A DNA stretch of 64,000 nucleotides from a virus. The stretch covers positions 64,001-128,000 of IMG/VR virus record IMGVR_UViG_3300022752_000022; one strand, 5' to 3'. Below, one piece after another: positions 10,094 through 20,793 of the stretch. The translations under genes and the position numbers were made by a program. The notes below the pieces were generated by a model. The model was not told the DNA's origin, made no database searches, and was given only the letters and a program-made list of their open reading frames with translations. Each line of letters begins with the position of its first letter. Position 1 is the stretch's first letter.

Positions 10094-11107
10094 ATGAGTA
10101 TGTGGTTAGATCAAAAGTACATTGGTACACTCTCTATTCGCTTAGACAAATTTGCAAGAAAAAGCGAATATCTCTACAACTTCCGATGCCCAATTTGCGG
10201 CGACAGTCAAACAAATCGTAACAAAGCTAGAGGATATCTTTTTGCTAAGAAAGGTGGTATGTTTTATAAGTGTCATAATTGCAGCGCAAGCATGTCTCTT
10301 GGTTCATTAATAAAGCAAATTGACCCATCACTATACAAAGAGTATTCTTTAGAACGATATAAAGATGGGCAGAATGGTGTTAAGGGAGCACATAAAACAA
10401 CTTTTGTGTTTAAACCGGTAACATTTACAACGAGAAATCTTTATCCGAACATTCTTACGCCACTGAGTAAATTAACTCAATCTCATGAAGCATGGATTTA
10501 TGTACTAACCAGGAAATTACCAGAAGAAAAAATCAATAGCCTATTTTATGTCAATGACGTCTCTCGATTGGCTGAAATTAATCCAAACTATAAAGATCGG
10601 ATTACAACTCACGAGCCAAGAATTGTTATTCCTTTTTATAATTCTGAAAAAGAATTGATCGGTGTGTCGGCCAGATCAATTTCAGAAAATCGTGTTCGCT
10701 ATATAACAATGCGAATCGTAGAAGATAACAATCAAATGTTATATAACATTGAGAATGTGAATATGCAAGAAAGATGTTATGTAACAGAAGGTCCGTTTGA
10801 TAGCATGTTTTTACCAAATTCAATTGCAGTCGGTAGTTCAAATCTAACGGTTGCACTTCATCATGTGAAAAATCATGTTTTGATTTACGATAATCAGCCT
10901 AGAAATAGAGAGATAGTTCATGAAATTAAAGCAGCAATTGCACATGATGCTAACGTATGTATTTGGCCTAACGACATTAAAGAAAAAGATATTAACGAAA
11001 TGATTCTTGCAGGAAAAACGCAAGATGAAATTTTCACTATAATAAATAAAAACACTTTTCATGGCCTTGAAGCGATGATCAACTTTAACAAATGGAAGAA
11101 AGTATGA
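10094..11107 (+). CDS. gp61: DNA primase (T4 gp61-like)
   Basis: NFRCPICGDS...YKCHNC zinc ribbon; VTEGPFDSMF and YDNQPRN TOPRIM motifs. Confidence 0.92.
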   Translation: MSMWLDQKYIGTLSIRLDKFARKSEYLYNFRCPICGDSQTNRNKARGYLFAKKGGMFYKCHNCSASMSLGSLIKQIDPSLYKEYSLERYKDGQNGVKGAHKTTFVFKPVTFTTRNLYPNILTPLSKLTQSHEAWIYVLTRKLPEEKINSLFYVNDVSRLAEINPNYKDRITTHEPRIVIPFYNSEKELIGVSARSISENRVRYITMRIVEDNNQMLYNIENVNMQERCYVTEGPFDSMFLPNSIAVGSSNLTVALHHVKNHVLIYDNQPRNREIVHEIKAAIAHDANVCIWPNDIKEKDINEMILAGKTQDEIFTIINKNTFHGLEAMINFNKWKKV

Positions 11108-11790
11108 AAGTAAAATTAATTTCCTATTCACAAACTAACATAGGTGCATTCAGCGATGATGAATTTACCGACTACCCAAGAAGCGCACAAGACCTCGTGG
11201 CCTTCTGTGCGAGAGTATCAAATCCCTCCAATCAATTCAATCTCCAAACTTCAGAAAAATTACTCGCATACCTTATCAAACACAAACACTGGTCGCCATT
11301 TGAAATGGTCTCAGCATGTCTTGAAATCACAACCACAAGAGATATTGCAAGACAAATGCTCCGACATCGAAGTTTCTCATTTCAAGAATTCAGCCAGCGA
11401 TATGCTGATCCAGTTAAAGAACTCGATTTTGTTCTTAGAGAAGCGAGGTATCAAGACACCAATAACCGACAAAATTCTATAGAGTTGCCGCCAACGTTAG
11501 AGGGCGCAAATCTTCAGGAGAAATGGGATTGGGCGCAAAGGCGTGTTATACATGAAGCAAAAGCAGCATATGGATGGGCTATCAAAAATGGTATCGCAAA
11601 AGAAGTCGCACGATCAGTGCTGCCTGAAGGTAATACAATCAGTAAGATGTACATGAACGGCACAATCAGATCCTGGATACACTACATACAACTACGGTCA
11701 GCAAACGGAACACAAAAAGAGCACATGGAAATAGCAAAAGCGTGTGCAGAAATTATATCAAAAATTTTTCCAGTCGTTAAATCACTATAA
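11104..11790 (+). CDS. thyX: FAD-dependent thymidylate synthase
   Basis: HWSPFE, RQMLRHRSFSFQEFSQRY, EVARSVLP, TQKEH motifs. Confidence 0.95.
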   Translation: MKVKLISYSQTNIGAFSDDEFTDYPRSAQDLVAFCARVSNPSNQFNLQTSEKLLAYLIKHKHWSPFEMVSACLEITTTRDIARQMLRHRSFSFQEFSQRYADPVKELDFVLREARYQDTNNRQNSIELPPTLEGANLQEKWDWAQRRVIHEAKAAYGWAIKNGIAKEVARSVLPEGNTISKMYMNGTIRSWIHYIQLRSANGTQKEHMEIAKACAEIISKIFPVVKSL

Positions 11791-11804
11791 TAAAAAGAGG
11801 TCGT

Positions 11805-13601
11805 ATGGCAGATATTGTTCACGGGATTAGGGTAGATTTCTCTAGAGATTCCTTATTTGATGAGTTGGGCATCAAACGTTTAAAAGAAAGTTACATGAAA
11901 GATGATGAAAAAAGTCCACAAGAAAGATTTGCGTATGTATCGAATGTTTTTGGTAGCAATGAGGCGCATTCGCAAAGATTATATGAATATAGTTCTAAGC
12001 ATTGGCTCAGTTATAGCACTCCTATTCTTTCTTTTGGTAGATCCAGAAGAGGTCTTCCTATCTCTTGTTTTCTACCTTATCTTGATGATTCTGCTGAAGG
12101 GCTTGTTAATACGTTATCGGAAGTAAATTGGTTATCAATGTTAGGAGGTGGAATTGGAATCGGTGTTGGTATTAGGTCTGCTGATGATAAGTCTACTGGC
12201 ATTATGCCTCACCTTAGGACTTATGATGCTTCGTCGCTTGCTTATAGACAGGGGCGTACTCGACGGGGTTCTTACGCTGCTTATTTGGATATCAGCCATC
12301 CCGACATTCTTATGTTTCTTGATATGCGGAAGCCTACTGGCGATCCTAATATGAGAGCATTAAATCTTCACCATGGTGTAAATATCACAGATGATTTCAT
12401 GCATATCATTGAAAGATGTATGGTAGATCCAGAAGCAAATGATGATTGGCCTCTCATTGATCCACACGATGGCGCAGTACGCGAAGTTGTATCTGCTAAA
12501 GAATTGTGGCAAAGAGTTTTAGAACTTAGAATGCAAACAGGAGAGCCATACATCCATTTCATTGATACAAGTAATAAAGCAATGCCTGAATTTCAAAAGA
12601 AACTTGGCCTTTCAATTAAACAATCTAATTTATGTAGCGAAATTATTCTGCCTACTGATAAAGAAAGAACAGCGGTGTGTTGTCTGTCTTCAGTGAATTT
12701 GGAGTACTATGATGAATGGAAAAATGATAAACATTTTCTTCGGGACGTTGCGGAGATGCTTGATAATGTTCTGTCTTACTTTATTGATCATGCACCTGAC
12801 ACCGTATCTAGGGCTAAATTTTCTGCTTCAAGGGAGCGTAGCATTGGTATTGGCGCTCTCGGCTTTCATGCTTACTTACAAAAGTGCGGATTACCTTTTG
12901 AATCTGCACTTGCAGTCAGCAAGAACAAACAAATCTTCAAGCACATTCGGCAAGGATTAGATCATGCAAATCTTGAAATCGGAAAAGAAAGGGGTGAAGC
13001 ACCTGATGCAAAAGACACGGGCCGTAGGTTCAGCCATCTTATGGCTATCGCTCCTAACGCCAGTTCTTCAATTATTATGGGCAATACATCTCCCTCAATT
13101 GAACCATACAGGGCAAATGCATATAGGCAAGACACCCTCAGTGGCGCGTGGTTAAACAAAAACAAATGGCTTGATAAAATTGTTAAAGATAAATGTGCTG
13201 CTGATTCTAAATTAGATTATAGTGAAATTTGGTCAAGTATTATTGCGAACGACGGAAGTGTTCAACATCTTGAATTTCTTGATGACTGGACAAAAGATGT
13301 ATTCAAAACTTCAATGGAAATTGACCAAAGATGGATTGTACAACATGCTGCTGATCGTCAACCATTTATTGATCAAGCGCAAAGTCTTAATCTCTTTTTT
13401 AGACCAGATTCAAACATCAAATATATTCATGCAGTACACTTCCTGGCATGGAAGCAAGGACTCAAAACGCTTTACTACTGCCGCAGCGAGAAGATTTCGA
13501 AGGCTGATAAAGTCTCTAAAAAAGTAGAACGTCAAGTCATTGAAGAATTAGATATGAAAGCATTAGTAACTGAAGAGGTATGTTTAGCATGTGAGGGATA
13601 G
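11805..13601 (+). CDS. nrdA: Class I ribonucleotide reductase alpha subunit (no ATP cone)
   Basis: PISCF, QSNLCSEI, AIAPNASSS, TLYYCRS, C-terminal CLACEG. Confidence 0.95.
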   Translation: MADIVHGIRVDFSRDSLFDELGIKRLKESYMKDDEKSPQERFAYVSNVFGSNEAHSQRLYEYSSKHWLSYSTPILSFGRSRRGLPISCFLPYLDDSAEGLVNTLSEVNWLSMLGGGIGIGVGIRSADDKSTGIMPHLRTYDASSLAYRQGRTRRGSYAAYLDISHPDILMFLDMRKPTGDPNMRALNLHHGVNITDDFMHIIERCMVDPEANDDWPLIDPHDGAVREVVSAKELWQRVLELRMQTGEPYIHFIDTSNKAMPEFQKKLGLSIKQSNLCSEIILPTDKERTAVCCLSSVNLEYYDEWKNDKHFLRDVAEMLDNVLSYFIDHAPDTVSRAKFSASRERSIGIGALGFHAYLQKCGLPFESALAVSKNKQIFKHIRQGLDHANLEIGKERGEAPDAKDTGRRFSHLMAIAPNASSSIIMGNTSPSIEPYRANAYRQDTLSGAWLNKNKWLDKIVKDKCAADSKLDYSEIWSSIIANDGSVQHLEFLDDWTKDVFKTSMEIDQRWIVQHAADRQPFIDQAQSLNLFFRPDSNIKYIHAVHFLAWKQGLKTLYYCRSEKISKADKVSKKVERQVIEELDMKALVTEEVCLACEG

Positions 13602-13603
13602 AT

Positions 13604-13801
13604 ATGAGTAAAATTGTTCTATTAAAAGATTTTTATGAAACGAAAGAACAAAAGGAAAAAGAACTTTTGTTTTATAAAGAAAAATTAGAAGAACTTCAAG
13701 AAAAGATATATTGGTTAGAACGTGATCTAACACTAACAAAAAATATCATAAAGATGATAGAAGATGAAAAACTACAAAGCATACCGAAAAAGGAATCTTA
13801 A
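13604..13801 (+). CDS. Small coiled-coil hypothetical protein
   Basis: In operon between nrdA and nrdB. Confidence 0.6.
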   Translation: MSKIVLLKDFYETKEQKEKELLFYKEKLEELQEKIYWLERDLTLTKNIIKMIEDEKLQSIPKKES

Positions 13802-14439
13802 TGTCATTTTTAGTCGCAAACATACCACCAGTACATTGCTATGTAAGAAGAGAATTTCTTTATGATTTTACAAAAGGCGAAGGCGAATTTGAACCTTGCA
13901 TTTGGGTATCATTGAAATCAATTCGTGGCCAAGCATTCCGTATTGAAGCATACTTACCAAATTATGGAGCATTGTATGATAAGCTGCCACTCAATGCTTT
14001 TGTTTCCAGAACTGAGAATATAGAATGTATACCATTAGATCACTTGCAAATATGGGATTGTTTCAGTTATAATGTAGCAGTGATTCAGAAATCTTTTCTG
14101 AAAAATCTATCATGTAAATTTTTAGCTAAAGATAAACAGTGGTATCATGGCGACTATATGTTTACTGTTGACAATGCAGCACCAGATCCTAATGTTATAG
14201 ATACAACATTTAGTGAAGATCCTGAAGATCATAAGTCTTTCAACTTCATTCAATTGAATAATGGTCAATATGCAGCGCAACCAAATAATCGATGCATATT
14301 CTTTGATGCAGCGTCAAATCCAAAGGATTTAATTTTTCCAGATTTTAAAGTGTGCACCAAATTATATCGTGTAGAAACAAACCCTAAATGGGCCTTAGGA
14401 GATTCAACCGAAGTCATGTACGGAGATAAACAAGAATGA
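13801..14439 (+). CDS. Conserved phage hypothetical protein
   Basis: YGALYDKLP, LQIWDCFSY, EDHKSFN, GQYAAQPNNR motifs recurrent in aquatic phages. Confidence 0.7.
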   Translation: MSFLVANIPPVHCYVRREFLYDFTKGEGEFEPCIWVSLKSIRGQAFRIEAYLPNYGALYDKLPLNAFVSRTENIECIPLDHLQIWDCFSYNVAVIQKSFLKNLSCKFLAKDKQWYHGDYMFTVDNAAPDPNVIDTTFSEDPEDHKSFNFIQLNNGQYAAQPNNRCIFFDAASNPKDLIFPDFKVCTKLYRVETNPKWALGDSTEVMYGDKQE

Positions 14440-15431
14440 TAAAAAAAGTAAAAAAGAGCAATCTATTAGATACCAGAAATAATTTTAAGCCATTTAATTA
14501 CCCTTGGGCGTATGAGTATTGGTTGAAGCATGAACAAGCACATTGGCTACATACCGAAGTGCCGATGATTGAAGATGTGAAAGATTGGAAGAATAGGCTG
14601 TCTGAAGATGAAAAGAAATTTCTCACACATATTTTTCGATTCTTTACACAGGGTGACATTGATGTTGCTGGTGGTTATGTAAATAATTATTTACCTTATT
14701 TTCCACAACCAGAAGTTAGAATGATGTTAGCTGGCTTTGCTGGTCGTGAAGCGTTACACATTGCAGCGTATTCGCATTTGATTGAATCATTAGGTATGCC
14801 TGAAGCGACTTACTCTGAGTTTTTGGAATATGCAGAGATGAGAGAAAAGCATGATTACATTTTAAATTTAAGTTCGCAGAATTCAACAAAACAATCTACT
14901 GCTGAACACATTGCAGCATTCTCAGCATTCACTGAAGGTATGCAACTATTTTCTTCGTTCATCATGCTTCTTAATTTCCCACGCCACGGTATGATGAAAG
15001 GCATGGGTCAAATTGTGACATGGTCAATTGTAGATGAAACAATGCATGCCGAAGCAATGATCAAGTTATTTCGAACATACATAGAAGAAAACAGAGAGAT
15101 ATGGAATGACGATCTTAAATCTAAAATTTATACCATTGCAACTAAGATGGTTGATTTGGAAGATAAGTTTATTGACTTGGCATTTGGCATGGTACGCGTG
15201 GCTGACTTGGACGCTACTGACGTTAAACGGTATATCCGCTATATTGCTGATCGGCGCCTTATCAGTTTGGGTCTTAAAGGAATCATGAAAGTAAAAAAGA
15301 ATCCTTTGCCTTGGGTTGAAGAAATGATTAATGCGCCAACACACACTAACTTTTTTGAAAATCGTGCTACAGACTATGCTAAAGGCGCCTTGTCCGGTGA
15401 CTGGCAAGATGTGTGGGCTAAAGCAGCGTAG
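14436..15431 (+). CDS. nrdB: Ribonucleotide reductase beta subunit
   Basis: FFTQGD, REALHIAAY, FTEGMQLFSSF, VDETMH di-iron motifs; NFFENR tail. Confidence 0.95.
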   Translation: MIKKVKKSNLLDTRNNFKPFNYPWAYEYWLKHEQAHWLHTEVPMIEDVKDWKNRLSEDEKKFLTHIFRFFTQGDIDVAGGYVNNYLPYFPQPEVRMMLAGFAGREALHIAAYSHLIESLGMPEATYSEFLEYAEMREKHDYILNLSSQNSTKQSTAEHIAAFSAFTEGMQLFSSFIMLLNFPRHGMMKGMGQIVTWSIVDETMHAEAMIKLFRTYIEENREIWNDDLKSKIYTIATKMVDLEDKFIDLAFGMVRVADLDATDVKRYIRYIADRRLISLGLKGIMKVKKNPLPWVEEMINAPTHTNFFENRATDYAKGALSGDWQDVWAKAA

Positions 15432-15442
15432 AGGAGAAGATC

Positions 15443-15643
15443 ATGCCAATGTATAAATTTTATTGCAGTGTAGGATGTGAAGCCGATGGTGAAATATATA
15501 CCGATGATGAACCAGCATTTTGTCCATCTTGTGGTATTAGATTTGATACAGACGATGTAAGCGAAGGTGAAGATGATGATTGGGATGATGATTCTGAAAA
15601 TTGGAATGAAGATGATGAGGGTGAACCTTGGATTAAACGATGA
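15443..15643 (+). CDS. Small zinc-ribbon protein with acidic tail
   Basis: CxxxC...CPSCG followed by a D/E-rich tail. Confidence 0.55.
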   Translation: MPMYKFYCSVGCEADGEIYTDDEPAFCPSCGIRFDTDDVSEGEDDDWDDDSENWNEDDEGEPWIKR

Positions 15644-16191
15644 TTGCGGGCGTAGACTATTCAATGACAAGCCCCGCAATATGCTTGTCACCATTGAGTG
15701 AATTTAAATATGAAACTTGCATATTCTCTTATTTAACCACACTTAAAAAATATGATATAGCGGCAGAGAATATTTTCGGTAAATATTTCGAATATGATAA
15801 TGAAATAAAACGGTACGATACCATTTCATCCCATTTTTTAAATATGCTTCTTGACTATAATGTAAGAACATGTTATATTGAAGGATATTCAATGGGATCT
15901 AAAGGTAGAACTTTTAATATTTCTGAAAACACAGGAATATTTAAGCACAGAATGTGGAATTTTGGAATCAATTTTATTGCGATACCACCAGCAACAATCA
16001 AAAAATTTGCTACAGGTAAAGGCAATGCAAATAAAGAAAAAATGCAACGAGCGTTTATTGAGGAGACAAGTAAAGACATTAAACAGATATTAAACATGAC
16101 TGAAAATCAATGGAATCCATCATCAGACATTATTGATTCATACTATGTTTGTAAATATGGATTTCATCAAGAGACTTTGAAAAATGAATGA
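15640..16191 (+). CDS. RuvC-like Holliday junction resolvase
   Basis: IAGVDYS, IEGYS, IKKFATGKGNANKEKM, DIIDSY. Confidence 0.75.
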   Translation: MIAGVDYSMTSPAICLSPLSEFKYETCIFSYLTTLKKYDIAAENIFGKYFEYDNEIKRYDTISSHFLNMLLDYNVRTCYIEGYSMGSKGRTFNISENTGIFKHRMWNFGINFIAIPPATIKKFATGKGNANKEKMQRAFIEETSKDIKQILNMTENQWNPSSDIIDSYYVCKYGFHQETLKNE

Positions 16192-16798
16192 CAATAAAAT
16201 TTTAGAACTTTTTAATTTTGATAGAAGCAATAATCAATTTCAGAGTAAATCATTAGCACATTTACACACATATTATTTGTCGGGTGAAATTAAATCTCCT
16301 GAAGATTATGTTGAAATATTTGATCTGATGAGAAATGCTTCAGAGCATGACATCATTAAAATTCACATCAATTCTTCAGGCGGTCAATTGTTTACCGCAA
16401 TTCAATTTATGAGAGTTATGGCTGAATGCCAAGCACAAATTATATGTTCAGTTGAAGGCGCTTGTATGTCGGCAGCCACAATGATTTTTTTATCGGCAAA
16501 TGCTTTTGAAATATCTGAACACTCCGTCTTCATGTTCCATAACTATTCTAGTATTGTGATGGGTAAAGGTGGCGAATTATACGACAACATCATGCATGAA
16601 AGAAAATGGTCAGAAAAAATTTTAAAAAGTATTTACAAAGATTTTTTAAGCGCCGAAGAAATTAATTCAATATTAGCAAACAAAGATATATGGATGGACG
16701 GAGAAGAAGTTCTTAAAAGATTAAAAAATAAACAAGATAGTATCAATAAAAAGGTGAAAAATTCAAATGGTAGAAAGTCTAGAAAACCTAAAGAGTGA
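16184..16798 (+). CDS. ClpP-like serine protease subunit
   Basis: IHINSSGG, CMSAAT (Ser), FMFH (His), KDIWM. Confidence 0.8.
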   Translation: MNDNKILELFNFDRSNNQFQSKSLAHLHTYYLSGEIKSPEDYVEIFDLMRNASEHDIIKIHINSSGGQLFTAIQFMRVMAECQAQIICSVEGACMSAATMIFLSANAFEISEHSVFMFHNYSSIVMGKGGELYDNIMHERKWSEKILKSIYKDFLSAEEINSILANKDIWMDGEEVLKRLKNKQDSINKKVKNSNGRKSRKPKE

Positions 16799-17501
16799 TG
16801 TGTTATTTTTATTATCATCTGCTATTCATGTGAAGCATGGCATATATAACACAGAACAAAGATTAGTTCAAACAACTAGAACGTGTAGATCAATTAGATC
16901 CTATGTCCCTGATGCTAAAATTTATGTCTTAGACGGTGGTTATAAAAATATAACAGATGAAGAGGGGTTTATTTTAGATCAATTTATTGATAAGTTTTAT
17001 AACTTTTCTGAAAATCAAAATGTTATTAATGTTCAGGCAATAGATAATCACGATGTTGTTAAAAATTTTATTGAACTTTATATGTTCTCAATATTCTTAA
17101 ATGATTACGCCGAAATTTTTTCTAGAAATCATAAAAGAATTTTTAAGATTAGTGGCAGATACAGATTGAATAATGCTTTTAATCTTGATGATCATATGAA
17201 AGAGGCTGATAAAATTGTCATTCGAGGACCATTTAAAAGCCAATTTAGTTCAAAAATTACAGGAGATGTTACTCAACAATATATGAGCAGACTTTGGAGT
17301 TTCGATGCGAGTTTGACATCATACATCAAAGAATGCTACCATAACATGCTAAAAAATATGATGGATAAAGTCAATGAGGGTGGTTATATAGATATTGAAC
17401 ATCTTCTTTTTAAACATTTAGATTCTAAACTAGTCTATAACATACCACAAATTGGTATTGAGGGTAACATAGCACCAAATGGAATGATGGTACAAGAATG
17501 A
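16767..17501 (+). CDS. Hypothetical protein, glycosyltransferase-like
   Basis: IFKISGRY.LN motif seen in phage glyco-cluster proteins. Confidence 0.45.
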   Translation: MVESLENLKSDVLFLLSSAIHVKHGIYNTEQRLVQTTRTCRSIRSYVPDAKIYVLDGGYKNITDEEGFILDQFIDKFYNFSENQNVINVQAIDNHDVVKNFIELYMFSIFLNDYAEIFSRNHKRIFKISGRYRLNNAFNLDDHMKEADKIVIRGPFKSQFSSKITGDVTQQYMSRLWSFDASLTSYIKECYHNMLKNMMDKVNEGGYIDIEHLLFKHLDSKLVYNIPQIGIEGNIAPNGMMVQE

Positions 17502-18322
17502 ATCCAACACTATATCAAATATGCTTTGAAAAACATCAACTTGATCAAGTTAAATCACCAATGGTGCCATTTGACAATATTGAAAATTTAAGGCCTGAAC
17601 TCAGAGAATATCATTCTTTTAAAAGAATCATAGATGAGAATAATGCATCGAAACTTTACGGTGTGTTTGGTCCAAGATTTCAAGAAAAATTAAGATACGA
17701 CGGACAAGATATCTATGATTTTATTGTTGCCAATCCTGATCAAAAAGGAGTGTACATATTTAATCATGCACGAATTCAAAGTGTTATATTTTTAAATGTT
17801 TGGGAACAAGGCGAATATTTTCATCCAGGCATTAAAAAAATTATGCTGTATGCATTAGACAAAAATGGATACGATCATACTGTTATTGATAGTATCATGA
17901 CTGAAAAGCACATGTGTTTTTGTAGTTACTTTGTTACATCTGATATTGTATGGCGTGATTACATGCATTTTGTTGAAACAATCAAAATAACTCTTGATCG
18001 TTTACCTGACGAACTAAATGTTATATATCATGGCAGTGCTAATTATTCCAGAGATAAATCGCTTGGCATGTTTCCATTTATTGTTGAAAGATTGTTTTCA
18101 ACATATATGAAATTGTTTACTTTTGATAATTTTGGATTAAACGTTTATGTTAGGCCGTACGATTATTCACTATATACGACTGATAGTGATTTCATAAATT
18201 ATTTTCAAACACTACATAGATTAAAAGAGGCTAGCATCGACGATTCAGATTCTTTTGATTCTTGGCAATATTTAAGGAACGACACTTTGCTCAAATATCC
18301 ACATTTGCTTCATTTGGACTGA
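17498..18322 (+). CDS. Hypothetical protein, possibly glycosyltransferase-associated
   Basis: PELREY, NVWEQGEYFHPG, PFIVERLF motifs. Confidence 0.45.
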   Translation: MNPTLYQICFEKHQLDQVKSPMVPFDNIENLRPELREYHSFKRIIDENNASKLYGVFGPRFQEKLRYDGQDIYDFIVANPDQKGVYIFNHARIQSVIFLNVWEQGEYFHPGIKKIMLYALDKNGYDHTVIDSIMTEKHMCFCSYFVTSDIVWRDYMHFVETIKITLDRLPDELNVIYHGSANYSRDKSLGMFPFIVERLFSTYMKLFTFDNFGLNVYVRPYDYSLYTTDSDFINYFQTLHRLKEASIDDSDSFDSWQYLRNDTLLKYPHLLHLD

Positions 18323-18614
18323 AATGAAAAACTTTTTGCCTGGTATGTTTTTTATTCTTTTGCTACTTGCTAGTATCATTTCAACAACACAAGTCTTGAC
18401 ACTGGAGACGCATCATGTTAAAGTACAGAGTGTAGCAAATGCATCAGCCATTCCACGATGAAGAATTTAGAAGGAGCATTGATGAAATGTCTTCGAATGA
18501 ACTTAGAGTATTATGGTTAAATTTGACGATGCAATTGTTAAATGACATTGATGATTTAGTAGAGATCGAAGGAGTAAAAGATGCAGCAGATTATTTAAAT
18601 CGTTTTTTTGAATA

Positions 18615-18693
<79 letters not shown>

Positions 18694-18715
18694 CCACTTA
18701 CTTTATGGAGATATT

Positions 18716-19012
18716 ATGGAAACCGAATTTGTTTTAGTTGAAACTATTTCAATGTTTAGAATCAGATATGTGATTGAAGTGCCCAAAGGAGAAAAAAACA
18801 TTGCTTTAGACATTGTAGCAATGGATAAACCAAAAGAGTTTAGTCAAAAACATCTAGATGAAATCATTGTTTCAGATAGGGTCTTAACCAGAGAAGAAGT
18901 TTTGAAACAATGTGATGAAGATAATGATTATCTTGAAACTTGGTCTGAAGACAAGAAATTTGAAAATTTAGTTGTAACACTTGACGGAGTTGAGAATGCA
19001 AAAGTTGACTGA
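18716..19012 (+). CDS. Conserved T4-like hypothetical protein
   Basis: GGAG RBS before ATG 18716; VETISMFRIRY, EFSQKHLDE. The longer ORF call overlaps the tRNA. Confidence 0.65.
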   Translation: METEFVLVETISMFRIRYVIEVPKGEKNIALDIVAMDKPKEFSQKHLDEIIVSDRVLTREEVLKQCDEDNDYLETWSEDKKFENLVVTLDGVENAKVD

Positions 19013-19179
19013 GTTTAAATTGGGTGATGTTGAAGATCCGCATTTGTATGCACAATTACATATTCAGACGTTAAAAACTTCAGGTGAAATACCAAATTGT
19101 GATACATACAATATTTACTACAAACTTAATGCAGCGCAAGACTATTGGCGTGTAGACGTTTACAAAGAGGAGACAGAAA

Positions 19180-19383
19180 ATGCATGTAACGCTTAATGAA
19201 CTTAAAAGAGCAATTGCTCTCATGGAATCTTTGAATGAACAAGATGGTCACTTCGTACTTCACAATGAATGGCCTCATGATGATGGTCTAGTGCTTGTTC
19301 TAAATGTTGAACATTCAGGTGTGCGTGGTGATTTGCATATAAAATTATTTGATGAGAGTGATGATGACATTACAGGCGCATGA
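19180..19383 (+). CDS. Hypothetical protein
   Basis: GAGGAG RBS; operon context. Confidence 0.5.
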   Translation: MHVTLNELKRAIALMESLNEQDGHFVLHNEWPHDDGLVLVLNVEHSGVRGDLHIKLFDESDDDITGA

Positions 19384-19390
19384 GTGATAT

Positions 19391-20125
19391 ATGAAAGTAT
19401 ACATTGGTCCTTATAAAAACTGGTTAGGTCCTTATCAACTTGCTGAGAAACTTTGTTTCTGGGCAAAAAAAGAAAAGGACGAATACGGATTTCCTAAGAC
19501 ACCAGATTGGGTTCATAATTTTGGTGAGTGGTTAGCACACGGCGACATAGAACCTGAACCAACAAAAGAAAATCCTAAGAGCCTTTTCAATAAGAAACGA
19601 AAAACAACTTTATTGTACAAGTTTTTGATATGGTTAGAATCAAAAAGAAGTCGTAGCATCTATATCAAAATTGATAAGTATGATACATGGAGTATGGATA
19701 GTACACTCTCTATGATCATACTTCCGATGCTGAAGCAACTCAAAGAAACTAAACACGGTTCACACATGGTAGATGATGAAGACGTTCCAGACGAAATCAA
19801 ATCTACTTCAGCGCCACCAAGAGAAAATGAATGGGACAGTGACGATAATCTACACAAACGTTGGGACTATGTTCTTAATGAAATGATATGGGCTTTTGAA
19901 CAATTAAACGATAACACATGGGAAGATCAGTATCATACAGGAGAATATGATTTACAGAGCGAAGTTTGTGAATGGAATGAAAATGATAAACCAAAGTTAT
20001 ATCGAATGATAGAAGGACCAAATCACACTTCAAAATTTGACTATGAGGGTCATAAAAAGCATAATGATAGAATCAATCGTGGACTTGTTCTTTTCGGTAA
20101 ATATTATCGTGGACTCTGGGACTAA
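19391..20125 (+). CDS. Conserved hypothetical protein
   Basis: MKVYIGPY, DTWSMD.TL, RWDYVL.EMIWAF, LFGKYYRGLWD. Confidence 0.7.
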   Translation: MKVYIGPYKNWLGPYQLAEKLCFWAKKEKDEYGFPKTPDWVHNFGEWLAHGDIEPEPTKENPKSLFNKKRKTTLLYKFLIWLESKRSRSIYIKIDKYDTWSMDSTLSMIILPMLKQLKETKHGSHMVDDEDVPDEIKSTSAPPRENEWDSDDNLHKRWDYVLNEMIWAFEQLNDNTWEDQYHTGEYDLQSEVCEWNENDKPKLYRMIEGPNHTSKFDYEGHKKHNDRINRGLVLFGKYYRGLWD

Positions 20126-20128
20126 AAT

Positions 20129-20136
20129 TATAAATA
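20129..20136 (+). promoter_or_regulatory. T4-type late promoter TATAAATA for the endolysin
   Basis: Exact consensus about 30 nt upstream of ATG 20167. Confidence 0.7.
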
Positions 20137-20166
20137 CTCTCCATACATATTACAGGGAGTTTTTAT

Positions 20167-20790
20167 ATGGAATTCTTTACTGAAGATAGAGTTAGAAGTC
20201 TTATACCAAAAGTTAAAAACTTTGATGACTGGTATGCTAATCTACTTGAAATTCTTCCTCTTTATGAAATAGATTCTCCGCATAGAGTAGCAGCGTTCAT
20301 GGCACAATGTGGTCATGAATCTGGTGGATTTACAATTATGCAAGAGAATCTAAATTACTCCGCTGACGGTTTGAGAAAAATATTTGGTAAGTATTTTCCC
20401 TCAGTAGAGTTAGCAAATCAATACGCAAGAAAACCACAAATGATTGCCAATCGTGTCTATGCGAATCGCATGGGCAACGGGCCAGAATCATCAGGTGATG
20501 GATGGAATTATCGTGGACGTGGTATAATTCAAATTACAGGAAAGAACAATTACGTTAGATGTTCTCAATCAATGTTTGAAGATAATCTTTTAGTTGAACA
20601 GCCTGAATTATTGTTAGATACATACTATGCGATTCATTCTGCATGTTGGTTCTGGACAGCAACTAGATTGAATGAGTTGGCTGATGTCCAAGATTTAAAA
20701 CTTATGACAAAGAGAATTAACGGCGGATTTATTGGTCTTCAAGATCGCATTAATCACTATAATCATGCAGTACACATTCTGAAAGGATAA
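20167..20790 (+). CDS. Glycoside hydrolase family 19 endolysin
   Basis: AAFMAQCGHESGGF, ENLNYS, YRGRGIIQITGKNNY, TKRINGG. Confidence 0.9.
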   Translation: MEFFTEDRVRSLIPKVKNFDDWYANLLEILPLYEIDSPHRVAAFMAQCGHESGGFTIMQENLNYSADGLRKIFGKYFPSVELANQYARKPQMIANRVYANRMGNGPESSGDGWNYRGRGIIQITGKNNYVRCSQSMFEDNLLVEQPELLLDTYYAIHSACWFWTATRLNELADVQDLKLMTKRINGGFIGLQDRINHYNHAVHILKG

Positions 20791-20793
20791 ATT

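Noticed and set aside
11805-15431. Introns or inteins in nrdA/nrdB (and thyX)
   Set aside because: All are continuous, of normal length and lack splice motifs. The ORFs between nrdA and nrdB show no homing-endonuclease motifs.
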